NCBI RefSeq assembly: GCF_026571515.1
Contig: NW_026865571.1
Location: 1-64,000, forward strand
DNA length: 64,000 nt
DNA from: Ruditapes philippinarum
Lineage: Eukaryota
Reading direction: 5' to 3'
In this document: piece by piece, positions 62,183 to 64,000 of the stretch
How the letters are laid out: the number at the start of each line of letters is the position of its first letter
How positions within the stretch are numbered: the first letter of the stretch is position 1
Notes under the pieces: model-generated
Databases searched by the model: none
Told to the model about the DNA's origin: nothing
What the model saw: only the letters and a program-made list of their open reading frames with translations
Program-made: the position numbers and the translations under genes

Positions 62183-64000
62183 TTAAGAAGCTAGATATCT
62201 TGTATATCATGGGCATGTATATTTATGTACAAGAAGGGGTAAAAAATATCATACTTCAGTCTATAACACACTTTAATAAATATATTGCCCATTAATTATT
62301 AATTTAATCATTTTATTATTATATTGTTGTGGTTCTAAAAAATAATTCTTGTTTGCTGACAGGGGTCTCAAATATGTTTTTTGCAAGGACATAAAATTAG
62401 ATTGCAATTTGAACTTTAAATTAAATACCAAATCCAAAAAGCGAAGTACAATGTCCAACAGTAAAAAAAATCAGTTTTATACAAGAAAACAACTTTTTTT
62501 TCAAACATGCAGCGACAATGCTATAACATTTGTATTTTGGATACATGTATGACGTAAGGGTAGTCAAAATATTTAGACGAAAACCACGGATTTGAAGTGG
62601 TCAAATTCCGTAAAGCCTAATTTTTATTGGGTGAATTAAATATAGAATTCAGCAGACATACTTCTACAAAAATAAAAAAAAATCTTTGCACAATAAAGGT
62701 TATGGTTTGTTTATAATTATATAAAATATGCATGTATAAGAGTAAGAAAATTAGCAAATATTGTTATATGCTCATTTTTTCCTTTTCTAAAGATTGACTG
62801 TTATAATGGGGATTGACCAACAGTAACTGTTTTTAATGGAAAAATGTAAAGGATAAATTTAAATCTATAAAAAACATCTGCCCCACTCTTTTAATTAATT
62901 GAAAGTTACAGGTATTTTCCAATGGATATTTACAGAAAATCCCATGGACCACACTGCACCGTAAATCATAAAATTGAAATGAATTATGGCACCATGTAAA
63001 TTTATTTTGACTTTCACCTGTTCACTCAAAATATACCCTTTAATGGGCATTATATCGCTTTAATTTTAACACATTTTAGATGAACATGAATTATAAGCGT
63101 TGACTATAACCCTTTTCAGGAAATCCTCATACAATTGACATTTCTCCAACACATTATTGGCTAATTAGGCCTAAAACTGTATCATTTTTAAAGCTCTTTT
63201 CATTTGGTGTCCCGGTACAGTTTCAAGAAATGTTATTCATAATAGTGAGACATCTTATTTCTTTTCTCCATTTTGGCAATTAGTACACTTATAGTGAATT
63301 AGTATTTTGTATGGAGGCCAAAATACAACTTTGTTCATGTTGATATCATCACAGATCATTTCACATTCAGCGCTATTTCTTTGGGATGATAAAATCTCAC
63401 ATGTTCTAATTCCATTATTACATTTTAAAACACGTTTGTTCATTCTACAGAAAGAAATAAAATATTCATTTGTGAGGAATAATGTTTCTTTAAATATATA
63501 CATTGTATTGTAATATATATGTTACTCAGCATGATTTTATATCCGAAAGTATATAGCAGACTAGTTTTTAAATGTTCCGCCAAAAACAAGTGGAGTTAAT
63601 ATTAAGAGTTTAAACGACATCATCAAAAAAGTACTTTAAAAAAAATAAATTTATTTTCATAAGGCAATATTACAATAACTTATCTACGAGTATGCATCAA
63701 TTATTTCATTGCTATTTCTTTACATAAAAAGAAACATGAGAAATATCTGAACGAGTTTTTTTATTATTCTTTTACATAGGCCTGCTTTTATACATTAAGA
63801 GATGTGATCTCCTGAAATAAACATGTAACTTCGAATCAAAAGAGATATTCTCCGGCTTCAAGTCCAACTCATCAGTCCCCAGTCCCGTGTTTATTGTCCT
63901 TCAGATTTCTTCAATATTCCATAAGGCCATATGGTCCATGAGGAAATACACGATCCTGTTGCATGAAAGGTTTCGAACAGCAGCATGGACATGAAACACC

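Noticed and set aside
62550-63045. Another TTAA-type MITE (AAGGGTA...TACCCTT)
   Set aside because: Only a 7-bp inverted match, imperfect flanks and no second copy in the window.
63770-64000. Hlx homeodomain exon after TTTACATAG
   Set aside because: The phase-1 frame stops quickly and no homeodomain residues appear; the end of the window is a MITE fragment.

Overview
AT-rich, intron-rich animal DNA. The repeat families (Helentron-type elements with 160-180 bp tandem arrays, CORE-type SINE, TGAGCCGCG palindromic MITE) look like those of bivalve molluscs, possibly a venerid clam; this is recognition, not a database result. Host genes assembled by hand: (1) the 5' eleven coding exons of TTC13 on the minus strand (12508 down to <1); (2) a type-B carboxylesterase pseudogene (22698-24761); (3-4) two tandem peripherin-2/RDS-type tetraspanins (26323-41365, 44741-53784) with unusually long, mutually unrelated C-terminal tails; (5) the first exons of an Hlx/H2.0-like homeobox gene (from 59254; homeodomain beyond the window). 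Much of the rest is nested mobile DNA: an intact pogo/Fot-like DD35D+PHD transposon inside a MITE inside a CR1-type LINE just upstream of TTC13; a 7.2-kb AcademX (DDE+XPG+Cys-rich) element and an IS3EU-like MITE inside a TGT...ACA element with arrayed end repeats; a 3-kb CACC...GGTG long-TIR element with a 6-bp TSD; several TTAA MITEs. The most unusual signal is a set of sequence-divergent, apparently TSD-less hairpin elements (probably non-autonomous Crypton-like). They stack head-to-tail in mixed arrays, and their palindromes keep symmetric tandem GA/GA mismatches and often GNA loops on one defined strand, suggesting a folded single-stranded DNA recombination substrate.
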